Position numbers and translations under genes: made by a program. A stretch of DNA of 64,000 nt, taken from positions 15,067-79,066 of IMG/VR virus record IMGVR_UViG_3300036773_000046. One strand, given 5' to 3'. Every line of letters starts with the position of its first letter. Positions within the stretch are counted from its first letter, which is position 1. Positions 10,053 through 19,957 of the stretch are shown here, piece by piece. A model generated the notes under the pieces. It searched no databases. It was not told where the DNA came from and worked only from the letters and a program-made list of their open reading frames with translations. The DNA is from a virus. Its lineage: Duplodnaviria > Caudoviricetes.

Positions 10053-10474
10053 TTGAGCAACTTCGTCACGCACGCCTCGATCTCGGAGAGAGACTGCACG
10101 CCGGGTCGGTCTTGACACCCATTGGCATAGATGATGATCTGCTCAAGAGTCTTGATCGCGTCCGTGGTGGCCTTCTGGCTTCGTAGGTTGCACGCGTGTC
10201 CCGGCGTTGTGCAGTCAATTAAGATCCGCAACGCCTGCTGAGTCTCCTGCTGACTACGATGAGTGGTTACCTGCTGCGCGCGAATCGCGTTGAGGATGTC
10301 ACCGTTCTTAGTCTGCTGTGCAATGATCAGCACTATCGCGATGGCAAGAACTAGCGCAAGCAGCGCGAAGATCACACTTCGAGTTATGGTGATCCACACG
10401 CGCAGCTTCGAGATCTTTTCGTTCTCGACGTCATTGCCGTTACCGTTGACGCGTCGGTCGAGTGTTGCGATCAA
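10049..10474 (-). CDS. Membrane protein, probable lysis-region gene
   Basis: One long hydrophobic helix followed by a Gln-rich segment with Cys pairs. Confidence 0.5.
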   Translation of the reverse strand: MIATLDRRVNGNGNDVENEKISKLRVWITITRSVIFALLALVLAIAIVLIIAQQTKNGDILNAIRAQQVTTHRSQQETQQALRILIDCTTPGHACNLRSQKATTDAIKTLEQIIIYANGCQDRPGVQSLSEIEACVTKLLK

Positions 10475-10814
10475 TCTCAGTCACCTTCTTTTCGATCCGC
10501 TCGGCGCGCTCATCGTGCTTCTTAAGTTGAACCATGACGTCGCCAATCTCTTTCTTACTCGTCACCACAAGCTCGAGTGCCTCACGCCGGCCACGTTCGG
10601 CGTCACGCTCGGCGACGACGCGTAAGATCTCTTTGTCTTGAAGATCACGCTCAACGATAAGGTCATCTCGAACCGACCGCAGCTGGGTAAGCTGCTCCTT
10701 CGCCATCGCCGCGCGAATGATGACGAAAAGACCTGCGGCGAGTGTGAGGACGCTAAGGGTCGCGAAGATCGCACCCGGTACGGTGACGTAAGACAGGGAG
10801 ACCGCATCAGTCAC
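10440..10814 (-). CDS. Membrane-anchored coiled-coil protein, probable lysis-region gene
   Basis: N-terminal TM helix then a charged heptad-like region; GTG start near the upstream stop with gaaggga RBS. Confidence 0.5.
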   Translation of the reverse strand: MTDAVSLSYVTVPGAIFATLSVLTLAAGLFVIIRAAMAKEQLTQLRSVRDDLIVERDLQDKEILRVVAERDAERGRREALELVVTSKKEIGDVMVQLKKHDERAERIEKKVTEIDRNTRPTRQR

Positions 10815-11475
10815 TCCCTTCACTGCGGTGAAGCTCAGCCATGCGATCATGCCCTCTGCCTCCGACGTTTCCTCCCCAGACGTTATAGTTCCAGGTCCTC
10901 ACGCCGGTAACGTGGTGGAACTTCGCCCCTACGTTCAAGAGGCGTAGCAGCAAGCCGTAGTCCTCGCAGTCCTGCGACTTACTCGCGTCAAACGCGTAGG
11001 GCGCGGGGAATCCACCGACGCGTCTGACGAGCTCTGTCTTCACCATGTAGGTGACGGGAATGAAGTTACCGAAGGTACGGAGGGAGTGTTCCGCCTGCGC
11101 ACTCCACGGGACGTTGATCGGCTCAGGAATCAACTGCCCATTGATCCAACACGCGAGTGGGTCACGCGACCCAATGAAGTTGGCATACGTGAAGACCATG
11201 TCGGCGTGCGACTTGTTCGCACCACGCACTAGCACCTTCAAGTGATTGGGACAGAACTCGTCGTCGTCGTCAAGAAACGCAACCCAGTCCGTCATCACCG
11301 CCTTGAGAGCGGCGTTGCGAGCCGCGTGCGCGCCGTGACGTTCGCTGTCGAGCTGCACGACGACGTTGCCCGGCTGCACCCGCTGGGCCGTAACCGACGC
11401 GTACGCGCGCCGCAACATCTCCTCGCGACCCTCGATGGTCGGAATGAGGACGGTGACGTCGCTGCCCTTGATCAC
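10807..11475 (-). CDS. Glycosyltransferase family 2
   Basis: VTVLIPTIEGR, AARNAAL, VAFLDDDDEF, EDYGLLLRL; GTGA overlap start. Confidence 0.8.
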   Translation of the reverse strand: MIKGSDVTVLIPTIEGREEMLRRAYASVTAQRVQPGNVVVQLDSERHGAHAARNAALKAVMTDWVAFLDDDDEFCPNHLKVLVRGANKSHADMVFTYANFIGSRDPLACWINGQLIPEPINVPWSAQAEHSLRTFGNFIPVTYMVKTELVRRVGGFPAPYAFDASKSQDCEDYGLLLRLLNVGAKFHHVTGVRTWNYNVWGGNVGGRGHDRMAELHRSEGSD

Positions 11476-12170
11476 GACGCCACCCCCGGATGCATGATCG
11501 CTCCGAGCAGTTGCTCGCACCACTCATCACGTATGTACTGAAGATCACGATACCTTTGTGGGTTATTGTCAGTGATATCTCGATTGAGTCGGTCTTGGTG
11601 TGTCTGGTCAAGTGGACCCTTGCCGACGGCAGGGTGCATGTGCTCGGTCAAGATCTCAGGAATGAAGATGCGACGACCGATCCGCTCAGCGACACGATCT
11701 ATCCATAGATCTGCAAAGTCGCAGGAAAAATAGGATGGCAAGAACTCACCGACGATCTCCACCCACTCCTTGCTCAGGAACCCGTGCGTGCCGAGGTTCT
11801 GATCGTGAACGCCGTCACGTCCGTACACAAACGCTATGCGGTCTGGGATCTTGTCGAACGCGGTCTTGACGTGAAGATCCCAGTCGGGCGTGCGGAACCG
11901 AATGTCGTCGGCGCAGTGCATGTATATATCCCCGTGGGCGTGATCATACGAGTCGTTCCACAACGCGGACATCGTGTCTCGACGACCAGAGACCCAATGA
12001 ACTTGACCTCTCGCGCCTCGTGACCGCAGCAGATCATACGACGAGTCGTCATCGTCAACACGCACCACCATTTCAACGTCATCAATGTCCGTGGCAGTCT
12101 CGCACGCGGTGTGCCACATCTCTACGAGCTGTGTGGGTCGCCCCCGGCTTGGAAGCAACAGCGAGATCAC
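11472..12170 (-). CDS. Glycosyltransferase family 2
   Basis: ISLLLPSRGRP, VDDDD, IYMHCADDIRF (DxD-like), EHMHP. Confidence 0.75.
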   Translation of the reverse strand: MISLLLPSRGRPTQLVEMWHTACETATDIDDVEMVVRVDDDDSSYDLLRSRGARGQVHWVSGRRDTMSALWNDSYDHAHGDIYMHCADDIRFRTPDWDLHVKTAFDKIPDRIAFVYGRDGVHDQNLGTHGFLSKEWVEIVGEFLPSYFSCDFADLWIDRVAERIGRRIFIPEILTEHMHPAVGKGPLDQTHQDRLNRDITDNNPQRYRDLQYIRDEWCEQLLGAIMHPGVAS

Positions 12171-12397
12171 TGCGGCACCTTTGTGTTCGCCTTGTCCACG
12201 GCGTTGAGCACCTTGAACATCTCCAGCAGGTCGTTCTCCATCTTCACTTGTTCGCTTGAGTGTGGAATCTTATGGTTCTCATTGAGCAGCTCCCTAAGCT
12301 GCGTGAGGTAAACGTCCATGACCGGCGGCGACGCCACTAGTCTGTCGTACCGCATGCGTACGGACTGCACACGTTCCTTCGTGGTCATGGTGATCAT
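12167..12397 (-). CDS. Hypothetical protein
   Basis: ATGA overlaps with terminase stop and GT2 start; MITMTTKERVQ... Confidence 0.5.
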   Translation of the reverse strand: MITMTTKERVQSVRMRYDRLVASPPVMDVYLTQLRELLNENHKIPHSSEQVKMENDLLEMFKVLNAVDKANTKVPQ

Positions 12398-13770
12398 TGC
12401 GGCCTCCGCGTCAGGCGACGGTGCGCCATCTGACTGCCGCCGAAGGACCCGACGGCCTTGAAGATTGTGGACACCAACTTCATGTACCACGCGGGCCACA
12501 CCATCGCGTCAAGACGGTCGGGTGACCAGTCAGACGAGTCGACCCACGTACAGAGCTGATCTTCAAGCTCAGGGTGTTCGTTCACCATGTGCCATCGCCC
12601 CTGCACGGCCATCGCCGACACGGGCTGCGCACGCGGAGACTTACCACGCGACGCGTGAACGGTCTTCACTGGGATCGGAACGCCCATGTGCTCGGCGGCC
12701 GTGGTGATCGTGCTGACGGCCATGTCGCCGCCGAAGTTCGTCTCGACGATTACCGCGTTAGCCTCCCAGTCCACCGCAGTCTGCACCGCCGCACGGCCCC
12801 AGCCCTCGGGGTTGGTGTGCACCGTTGCGTCCTTCAGCACGAACCCGTGCTTAGTTGGTCGACCCTTCGACTCGGCAGTGATGATCTGCCCCGAGCCGAC
12901 GACGACGATTCCCTGCTCGCCAGCACCACCCGATGGGTCGACGCCAACCGCGATCTTGTTCATCCACCCGGGTGCTACCGTGAGTCGGTTGTCGTTGAGG
13001 TTGGCGCGCGTAAAGAGCGCGTTCTCGTCCTGCTCCACCAGGCGGCCGTAGAGTTCCTGCGCGCCAATCGTGGTCCCGGCGTACGCCTCCTCAAGATCGT
13101 CCTTGACCGACTGCGGTAGGTAAGGGTTGTCGTACATCGTCGCGTACGTCAACACGACGTTGCGGTAGTCACCCTTCGCCAACTTCTTAATGAGTGGACG
13201 TGGCTTAGGAGTCGTCGACCCGATCCACCGCGGGTGCTTGCCGATGCGAAGACCGAAGCGAAACTGATCCCAGGCGTCCTTCAGGTAGCGCCACGCAGCC
13301 ATCTCTTCTGCCCAGACAAGGCACACATTGCCGCCCGCTCGAAGTCGCTCGATGTCGTCCGGATCACGGGTGCCAAACATCTTAGCCTGCGAGCCGTTGG
13401 GCCAGGTGATCAGCAGCCCACCGGGCTTCGACTGCATTTGTGCCTCGGGTGAGTAAGTGTGAATGCCGGACGGACCAGCGAAGCACGCGGTGGCCGCGTC
13501 ACCTAGCGTCGGCGCGATGATCGCCATCCAGTGTGGCGTCGGGCCGGGTAGGCAGGGTGGTCCGTTGACGTGTCGCACCATGTAATTCGAGCAGGCGTCC
13601 GTCTTGCCGGCACCACGACCGGCGAGTAGCATCCACCCGTACCAATCATCGCCAGGAGGCGGCACCTGGTGTGGCAGCGGCTTCCACCTAGGCCGCAACA
13701 CCTGCTTCTGAATGTTCTGCGCGATGATCTCACGCAGGCGCTCTTCAGGATCGCCCTGCCAGTTCGCCAC
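12394..13770 (-). CDS. terL: Terminase large subunit
   Basis: Walker A AGRGAGKT, Walker B VWAEE, GSTTPKP, nuclease VGVDPS and C-terminal SPDRLDA. Confidence 0.95.
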   Translation of the reverse strand: MANWQGDPEERLREIIAQNIQKQVLRPRWKPLPHQVPPPGDDWYGWMLLAGRGAGKTDACSNYMVRHVNGPPCLPGPTPHWMAIIAPTLGDAATACFAGPSGIHTYSPEAQMQSKPGGLLITWPNGSQAKMFGTRDPDDIERLRAGGNVCLVWAEEMAAWRYLKDAWDQFRFGLRIGKHPRWIGSTTPKPRPLIKKLAKGDYRNVVLTYATMYDNPYLPQSVKDDLEEAYAGTTIGAQELYGRLVEQDENALFTRANLNDNRLTVAPGWMNKIAVGVDPSGGAGEQGIVVVGSGQIITAESKGRPTKHGFVLKDATVHTNPEGWGRAAVQTAVDWEANAVIVETNFGGDMAVSTITTAAEHMGVPIPVKTVHASRGKSPRAQPVSAMAVQGRWHMVNEHPELEDQLCTWVDSSDWSPDRLDAMVWPAWYMKLVSTIFKAVGSFGGSQMAHRRLTRRPQ

Positions 13771-13785
13771 GCGTGATCACCGCCC

Positions 13786-14040
13786 TCAGCCCAACGTGCC
13801 GAAGGGAACGTGCGTGGCGGTGATCAAGCCCGATCCCGCTTCACGCGACGCATTCAGCAACGAGTCGCCGAGTTCCTTCGCACCAGCCGAGTTAAGGAAC
13901 ACGTACTTCACGCCCGACGCGTCGTGGATCTCCAGCACCACCGCCTGCGTGCCGTCAGACATCGGCAGCACCTTAGTCTCGACGCGCTGCGGCACCGGGC
14001 TCGGCGGAACGACGATCTGAAAGATAGGTCCAGGCATCAT
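13786..14040 (-). CDS. Hypothetical protein
   Basis: MMPGPIFQIV... compact ORF in the packaging operon. Confidence 0.5.
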   Translation of the reverse strand: MMPGPIFQIVVPPSPVPQRVETKVLPMSDGTQAVVLEIHDASGVKYVFLNSAGAKELGDSLLNASREAGSGLITATHVPFGTLG

Positions 14041-14414
14041 GCGGGAAGATCCATTTCTTGCCGGTGGCATCGACGGGAAGTGCGTTGACAGCGCATCGCA
14101 CGACGCATGTCATGCGCAAGTTCGTAGGAGAGTCGGTAAAGCGTCATTATCTCAGTAATGGTGGCGCCACGCGCAAATGATCGTTCCACGTTCTCCTTGA
14201 GAACTGCGCGTGCGCCCGGAGACAGCGTGCTTCGACTGGTAATTATCACGACGCCTCCCACCGACATGACCACCTAAAGTTGTGACAAGGATGAAGTCGC
14301 CTTGGAAACGGCGTGGTGGGTAGTGCGGCTGCGACGGCACAACGAGCACACGACCCGTGACCGTCAAGATGTGCGGAGGCAGGGTGGTCGCAGAAGCAGA
14401 TGTCCTGTGAGGGA

Positions 14415-14702
14415 CTACTCGTCGAGCTCGTCGAGTTCATCTGCGTCAAGCTCATGAAACTCACCGGCCACCGAAAGGTTGCGCTTCTGCATGTTCATCC
14501 AGTGAAGCGCCTCATCGAGCGTCTGCACGTACTTAGTCATCGTCACGGTCATCATGTAGTGCTGCACACCCTCGTGCTCACCGGTGTCCGCACTTACCAT
14601 GAAGTGCGTGTCACCTAAGTGCAGTTCCGACGCGACGAGAACGGTCATTCGCTTGCCTCCTACTACGCGAACGGTAGCAAACGGCGAACGGTCGAACGTC
14701 AC
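14415..14702 (-). CDS. Hypothetical protein
   Basis: 95-aa ORF with acidic tail, in operon orientation. Confidence 0.4.
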   Translation of the reverse strand: MTFDRSPFATVRVVGGKRMTVLVASELHLGDTHFMVSADTGEHEGVQHYMMTVTMTKYVQTLDEALHWMNMQKRNLSVAGEFHELDADELDELDE

Positions 14703-14712
14703 ATAACAATGA

Positions 14713-15291
14713 TCAGGACTCGTCGTCCGAAGGCGGAAGCTGCGGCGGAAGCGCGTCGCCGCCGGGTAACTCTCGATCTCCGACCAGCGCCTGATGCATC
14801 GACTCCAACGCGTGAATGCGCTGATCGGGTGAAAGGTCCAGTGAGTCGAGACCGGCGACGAGCGCGTCGGTGATCAGTCGACCCTCCATGTCCAGCCGAC
14901 GAATCATCGCCTCGGCCACACCCGCGTCGATGGCCATCTTGGCAGTTCGCTGCAGTATGCGCTCTTCGTTGCGAGACTCGGCCATCCAGGCGCGCGCCTC
15001 CTGCGGCGGCACCTCGGGGTTCCCTTCGCCAGTCTCTTCACACTGCGCACGCCACCTCTTCATCACCTCGTCGGTAACTCGATCGCAGATGCGAACCCGA
15101 CGTGCGCGACGCTTCACGCCCAGCAGCAACGCGTCCCAGGGCGAGATGTCTTCAAGATCGGCGATGTCGAACGTGTCCATCCAGATCTTAACCTCCAGCG
15201 TCGAACCGGACCAGCGTGGAGACGCATCGCCCGTGTTTCGACGGTGCCGCGCCTCCTGGTACGCCTTGACGCTACGCCGTGGGAGTGGCAT
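14713..15291 (-). CDS. Possible terminase small subunit
   Basis: Helical protein (ISPWDALLLGV...KMAIDAGVAE...) upstream of terL; start moved to ATG 15291. Assignment is positional. Confidence 0.45.
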   Translation of the reverse strand: MPLPRRSVKAYQEARHRRNTGDASPRWSGSTLEVKIWMDTFDIADLEDISPWDALLLGVKRRARRVRICDRVTDEVMKRWRAQCEETGEGNPEVPPQEARAWMAESRNEERILQRTAKMAIDAGVAEAMIRRLDMEGRLITDALVAGLDSLDLSPDQRIHALESMHQALVGDRELPGGDALPPQLPPSDDES

Positions 15292-15832
15292 CAGTCCACT
15301 CCATCCACCGTCGGTTGAGGTTGAAGTCGGTCCAGTCGGCGGGCATGATAAACCGACCGCCACCACCTGACGGCCGTGGCATCTTGCGCACCGAGTAAAG
15401 GTATGCCGCAAACGACGAGCACACGACGTGTCCCGGAACACCCGTGCCGTGCCAGTCTTCAGAGAAGAGGTTGTGAATGCCGAGCGACATCAGCGTGTCG
15501 GTCATGATCGCATCCCAGTCGTAGGCACGTCCTAGCATCACCTCGGCCTGGGTGACGACCCATGAACGGTCGGCCAGCTCTTTCGGCTGATGCACGTTAG
15601 AAGTGGTGCGTGGATCGCGCAGGTAGTTGGTTAGGTCGGCCCAGCCAACGCCGCCTGGCTTGCCTTCCAAGCCCCACCAGACGCCGTTCGTCTGATGATG
15701 CACGACGACGACGTGGTTATTGAGCCCAATCTTGCCACGCAAGATCTCGCCAATGTCGATCAGCTTAGTGGACAGACCCGTCTTCGTGGCGACGGCGAGG
15801 ACGTCGGCGGGTTGCACCTGCAGCGTTGACAT
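15272..15832 (-). CDS. Permuted NlpC/P60 (YiiX/YebB-like) papain-fold enzyme
   Basis: His motif NHVVVV precedes AYDW and the catalytic VVCSSFAAYLY, the permuted order. Confidence 0.6.
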   Translation of the reverse strand: MSTLQVQPADVLAVATKTGLSTKLIDIGEILRGKIGLNNHVVVVHHQTNGVWWGLEGKPGGVGWADLTNYLRDPRTTSNVHQPKELADRSWVVTQAEVMLGRAYDWDAIMTDTLMSLGIHNLFSEDWHGTGVPGHVVCSSFAAYLYSVRKMPRPSGGGGRFIMPADWTDFNLNRRWMEWTDATPTA

Positions 15833-15841
15833 GGTCTGATC

Positions 15842-16882
15842 CTAACGTAGCCACTCTGAGTGGGTAAGCGTCCACTCGACGGTCTTTAGCAACGAAGCTT
15901 CGAGTGGCACAGGTGGCTTCCAACCCAGCGTACCAATGAGGTCGCCGTTCAGCGCGTAGCGTAAGTCGTGTCCCGGCCGTGAGCTATGAAAATCGACGAT
16001 CTTCGACTCGGGTACGGCACGTCCACTCAGCCATCCGGTGTGCGCCGCAACGATGTTGAAGATCTCTTGGTTGGTGAGCTCACGCTCGCCGACGACGTTG
16101 AAGCGCAGCAGGTCGGCACGCGCGTCGGCGGCGTGGTGCAGAGGCTTGATGTTGTCGATCAGCCACACCAACGCGTCGGCCTGGTTGCGTGCGTGCAGGT
16201 AGAAGCGCGATCCCGTCTTACCCGTCTTGGGATCGCCGTGAAGTTCCATCACCTCGCCGGCAAGAACCGACTTGATGATTTTCGGCACCATCTTCTCGGG
16301 ATCTTGCATCTCGCCGACGAGGTTCATCGTGTTCGTGATTATGATGGGTAGCCCGTAGGTGCGCCAGTAAGAGAAGCACAGCGACTCCTGCGCCGACTTG
16401 CTCGCGGAGTAAGGGTTGGACGGACGGTGTGGTTCACCCTCTTCGTGTCGGTACCCCTCGGGCGCGGGACCGTAGACCTCGTCGGTGCTGATGTGAATGA
16501 ACTTGCTAACGCCGGGTCGTCGCTGGCGCAACCACTCCAGCATCGTCAACGTCACCGCCACGTTGTTCTCGACGAACTCTCGTGGCTGCTCGATGCTGCG
16601 ATCCACGTGCGACTCGGAGGCAAGATCGAGAACAAAGTCCACCTTGCCCATGTTCACGTCAAGTTGCGGAGAGATTGGGACGCGAAGATCGTGCGCGAAC
16701 ACGCTCACGCGCGCCGCGTCTTCGCCCTCCAGCTGCTGCCGAATGCGATCGGTCTTACCTCGATGTCGAAACGAGTCCAGCGCGACGATCTCCCAGTCGG
16801 TAGTCTCAAGCACGTGACGCAACACGTGAGACCCAACGAAGCCACCCGCTCCAGTGACGAGTACTCGTTGCCTAGACGGCAT
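15842..16882 (-). CDS. rmlB: dTDP-glucose 4,6-dehydratase-like extended SDR
   Basis: VTGAGGFVG, LASESHVDRSI, ISTDEVYG, PSNPYSASK, RPGHDLRYAL. Confidence 0.85.
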   Translation of the reverse strand: MPSRQRVLVTGAGGFVGSHVLRHVLETTDWEIVALDSFRHRGKTDRIRQQLEGEDAARVSVFAHDLRVPISPQLDVNMGKVDFVLDLASESHVDRSIEQPREFVENNVAVTLTMLEWLRQRRPGVSKFIHISTDEVYGPAPEGYRHEEGEPHRPSNPYSASKSAQESLCFSYWRTYGLPIIITNTMNLVGEMQDPEKMVPKIIKSVLAGEVMELHGDPKTGKTGSRFYLHARNQADALVWLIDNIKPLHHAADARADLLRFNVVGERELTNQEIFNIVAAHTGWLSGRAVPESKIVDFHSSRPGHDLRYALNGDLIGTLGWKPPVPLEASLLKTVEWTLTHSEWLR

Positions 16883-16954
16883 AATCACTTCCCAGTTCGA
16901 AGTTGTAGGGCCTCGTAATGACGCTATAGAGCTTTTCGGATTCCGGAGTCTCGG

Positions 16955-17266
16955 TCACAGTTCGAGCCGTTCCAGAGTCATGTTGATCATATCGATCAGG
17001 TTCCGCGCCCGGTTGGTCTGCACTTGAAGGAATTGCACTTGCTGTGATCGTGCATCATCACCGTCCGACGTCACTCGAATAGCCGAATTTGGATCAGCAG
17101 TCGGCACCGGAGTCAACACCGGTTCGAGGGATCCGATCAACTGAGTGATCGACTCGTGCAACAATCCGTATGTCTTGTCCAATTCGATCGACGCTCGGGT
17201 CACCGGCGACTCTTGTGGATCACGAGCTACCGCCTCGCGTGACGGTGAATTTTCGAAGTCTCTCAT
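16955..17266 (-). CDS. Hypothetical protein
   Basis: 103-aa helical ORF in operon orientation. Confidence 0.5.
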   Translation of the reverse strand: MRDFENSPSREAVARDPQESPVTRASIELDKTYGLLHESITQLIGSLEPVLTPVPTADPNSAIRVTSDGDDARSQQVQFLQVQTNRARNLIDMINMTLERLEL

Positions 17267-17269
17267 TAC

Positions 17270-17563
17270 TCAACCTTTCTGTTCATTCATTTGGTTCTTG
17301 ATCAATCTCAGGGTCATGTCGATGATCTCTACGGTGACGCCAGCGGACTGCCCGTAGGTAGCCCACGCGAGCGCGCACCGACGGCATGGGCAGGTGGACT
17401 TCTTGTTGCCCTTACGCTGGTTACACTTGTAACACGCGTACACGACGTTGGACACGCCGTTGATGACGACGCCGCTAAGCCCACTGGCCCGCAGGATCGC
17501 CTTGGGTACGATGTGATCGCGAGTCGTGCCGCCAGCATCCGACCCACAGTAGTGACATACCAT
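17270..17563 (-). CDS. HNH endonuclease
   Basis: CHYC, TRDHIVP, NVVYACYKCNQRKG. Confidence 0.75.
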   Translation of the reverse strand: MVCHYCGSDAGGTTRDHIVPKAILRASGLSGVVINGVSNVVYACYKCNQRKGNKKSTCPCRRCALAWATYGQSAGVTVEIIDMTLRLIKNQMNEQKG

Positions 17564-17567
17564 TTGC

Positions 17568-18494
17568 CTACGCGGACTGTAGTTCCGTCATGAAGTCGTC
17601 GTTGAGGCGCCCGATGCAGTCGGCGCACAGGATGAACGAGCGACTAGGGTGAGCAAGCACAGAGACGCACGCCCAGTTGCGGGGAAGATCCAACTTCATT
17701 CCCTGGACAACGGGCGGCGACTCTTCGCGCGTGCAGCGCTTGCACTTGCTCATGCGGTGAACCTACTTGCTCTTGGGGCCCTGCACTTGATCCGGAGTGG
17801 CGTCGACCTGCGCCGGGTCGGGCGCGCTGTCGCTCTCCTGCGCGGCCTTCACCTGCGACTCGTCGGGTACGGTCGGGTCGTCCGACGCGGACACCTCGGT
17901 CTCAGACTCTTGCCGGTCCGCCGTGCTTGAGTTCGTCATTGCGTTCTTCAGCGTGTCGTTCACCGTGTCGCCGCCAACGACGTCCTTCAACTTCTTCTCG
18001 GTCATGATCTTCTCTCCTAGAAGTGGCCCGATACGTGTAGTCTAACCGCCGTTAGAGATCAACGGTGACGATGGGAGGAGGCAACGGAACCCTGCCAGCT
18101 GCGATCATGATCGTGTGTCGTCTCGCCTCGGCGAGGGTGCGCGCGCCAGTCGGATACCGCACGACCTCGCCACCGTCACGCCACCGACCGTAGCACTTAC
18201 CCGACCGTGTGACCGCACTTGAGTCGGCGCACTCGTGCACCTCGTGTGGCCCACGAAGCCGGCAGTGACAGGCGCTCAACGTCGCCTGACAGATGGGAAG
18301 CGCATCATCACTCACGCGGTCGCATCCCTCATGCCCTTAGGCTGACGTCCCGGCTTGCGACGTAGCTCTTCACCCGTCGCCAGGGCGGACCCGTGCCAAC
18401 GCTCACCCTGACCGTTAGGCGGTAGGACTACGATGCGGTCGCCGACGCGCACACGACGTGCGGTGAATCGTTCACTTTCGTCAAGAACTGCCAT
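17568..18494 (-). CDS. Four small hypothetical genes (17568-17753, 17763-18005, 18052-18315, 18312-18494)
   Basis: Tandem short ORFs with RBS-like purine tracts and short spacing or overlap; two have Cys/His clusters. Confidence 0.5.
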
Positions 18495-18518
18495 TGCGTA
18501 ATCTTCCTAAGTGTTTAC

Positions 18519-18685
18519 GAGGTGGGAGTGGTCCAGACGGATGTCCTTCTTACGGTAGACGGCCGGTGTGATCAACGGACGACGGTAGGAGCAAGGACCG
18601 TCGCGCTTACCGTCTAGCGTGTCCTGGCAGGACACCCTTCACGGAACGAAGGGAGCCGCTAGTCCCGGGCCACTAGCCCCACCTC
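18519..18685. ncRNA. Candidate structured non-coding RNA (multi-stem junction)
   Basis: ORF-free gap closed by GAGGTGGG/CCCACCTC and AGTGGTCC/GGGCCACT with at least four internal helices; no known family recognised. Confidence 0.45.
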
Positions 18686-18744
18686 CTCGGGTGACCTCAC
18701 CTTGCGCTGCAACGCGTTAGGCTTGTTGGTCAAGTTCAGTTTCA

Positions 18745-18753
18745 ATCCTAGCA
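18745..18753 (-). promoter_or_regulatory. Extended -10 promoter element (TGC-TAGGAT) facing the left-arm operon
   Basis: Same TTGCTAGGAT as the promoter at 58009-58037; a -35 at canonical spacing is not evident. Confidence 0.4.
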
Positions 18754-18968
18754 ACGTCTTAGGTCAACTCATCGCCACGGAACTCTTATGGGCCCCGGCG
18801 ACTTCCAGCTGTTGAGGGCGTGGGGGTGGTCCGCCCCAGCCTGGAGCTGTCGTCCCGCAGGGAGTCGGTGAACGACGTTATCGCCGAGGCCGTTTGGTTG
18901 TGCGTGTTCAACGTAGCGCACCATATCTCTCAATCTTCATTGAGAACTCGACTGTCAATAAAGCGCGC

Positions 18969-19957
18969 TCACGCTTTCTCCGCGGCGTGACGCATTACCT
19001 CGGCGGCGCAGTGCGCGGACGGACGGTAACAGTCGTTCCACGTCCACACGAGCCCAAGCCCAATTGGCATCTCGTGATAGAGTCTCTTGCCATTACTCCT
19101 CGCAGAGTATGGCGCCACCTCATCGGCGATGTAGTTGCCGAGCAGCTCCACCGCCTGCTTGGCGTCACGGCGTGGTCGCTTATACTCCGAGTACGGGCTT
19201 ACGTGATCGCCGAACACCGAGTAGTCCTTGATCTTGGAGATACGCTTTGGCGAAAAGCCCGCGCCCAGCAAGATCGCGCCAAGCGGGCACACCTCCGCAT
19301 CGTCGAGATCCTCGGCCAAGATGTCGATTAGCTGGCCGTAATGCGCACCACGTCGTTCCAGCTCATCGGCGCCGTCAAGCAAGATTTGCTTGGGAGTCTT
19401 TCTAGTGGTCACAGTTCACCCGCCGGTTGACGATGTGAGTTTGCTTCAACATTTTGATCTTCCATTCCTTCGAGTTAATGGTTTCCTTCGAAGTCAATCG
19501 TACCAGCGTTAGCTGGACACCGTCGCACACCGTAGCGAGGAGGGGCGGACGTGGAAATGCCCGCCCTTCCACAGTGTGTGCTACAGGCCCAAACGCCGAC
19601 TTAAGATCGACGGCGGTGGCCGCGTTCGCGAGGTAGCCAACGCCCGCGTTGTCTTCCCACCGGCGTCGCACGCCAGCGTGCGGTCTGGTTCACGTAATCG
19701 TCGGGAAGATCACCGTAAGTGTAGTCACGCCCGTCCATCCACGGCCCGAACCAGATCACATCCTCACGTCGGCCGGTAACGCGATGCGCCACGTACGCGA
19801 CGTGCGCGCCCTCGTGATTCTTCGGCAGCGAGCAGCGATGACGGCTTCCTGGCAACGGCAAGGCGTTTGCCCTGGTTGCGTCGCCAGCCATCATGGACAT
19901 GCGGCAGAGATGTGACCAGTCGCGCAGGGTGCGCACAGGTTGATCTTCTTCAGTCAT
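18969..19957 (-). CDS. Hypothetical genes (18969-19412 and overlapping small ORFs up to 19957)
   Basis: ORFs in operon orientation; exact starts uncertain. Confidence 0.4.

Noticed and set aside
28-18045. Long plus-strand ORFs such as 1571-2677, 7951-8850 and 12574-13119
   Set aside because: Antisense shadows of well-supported minus-strand genes in high-GC DNA, Arg/Ala/Gly-rich with no motifs.
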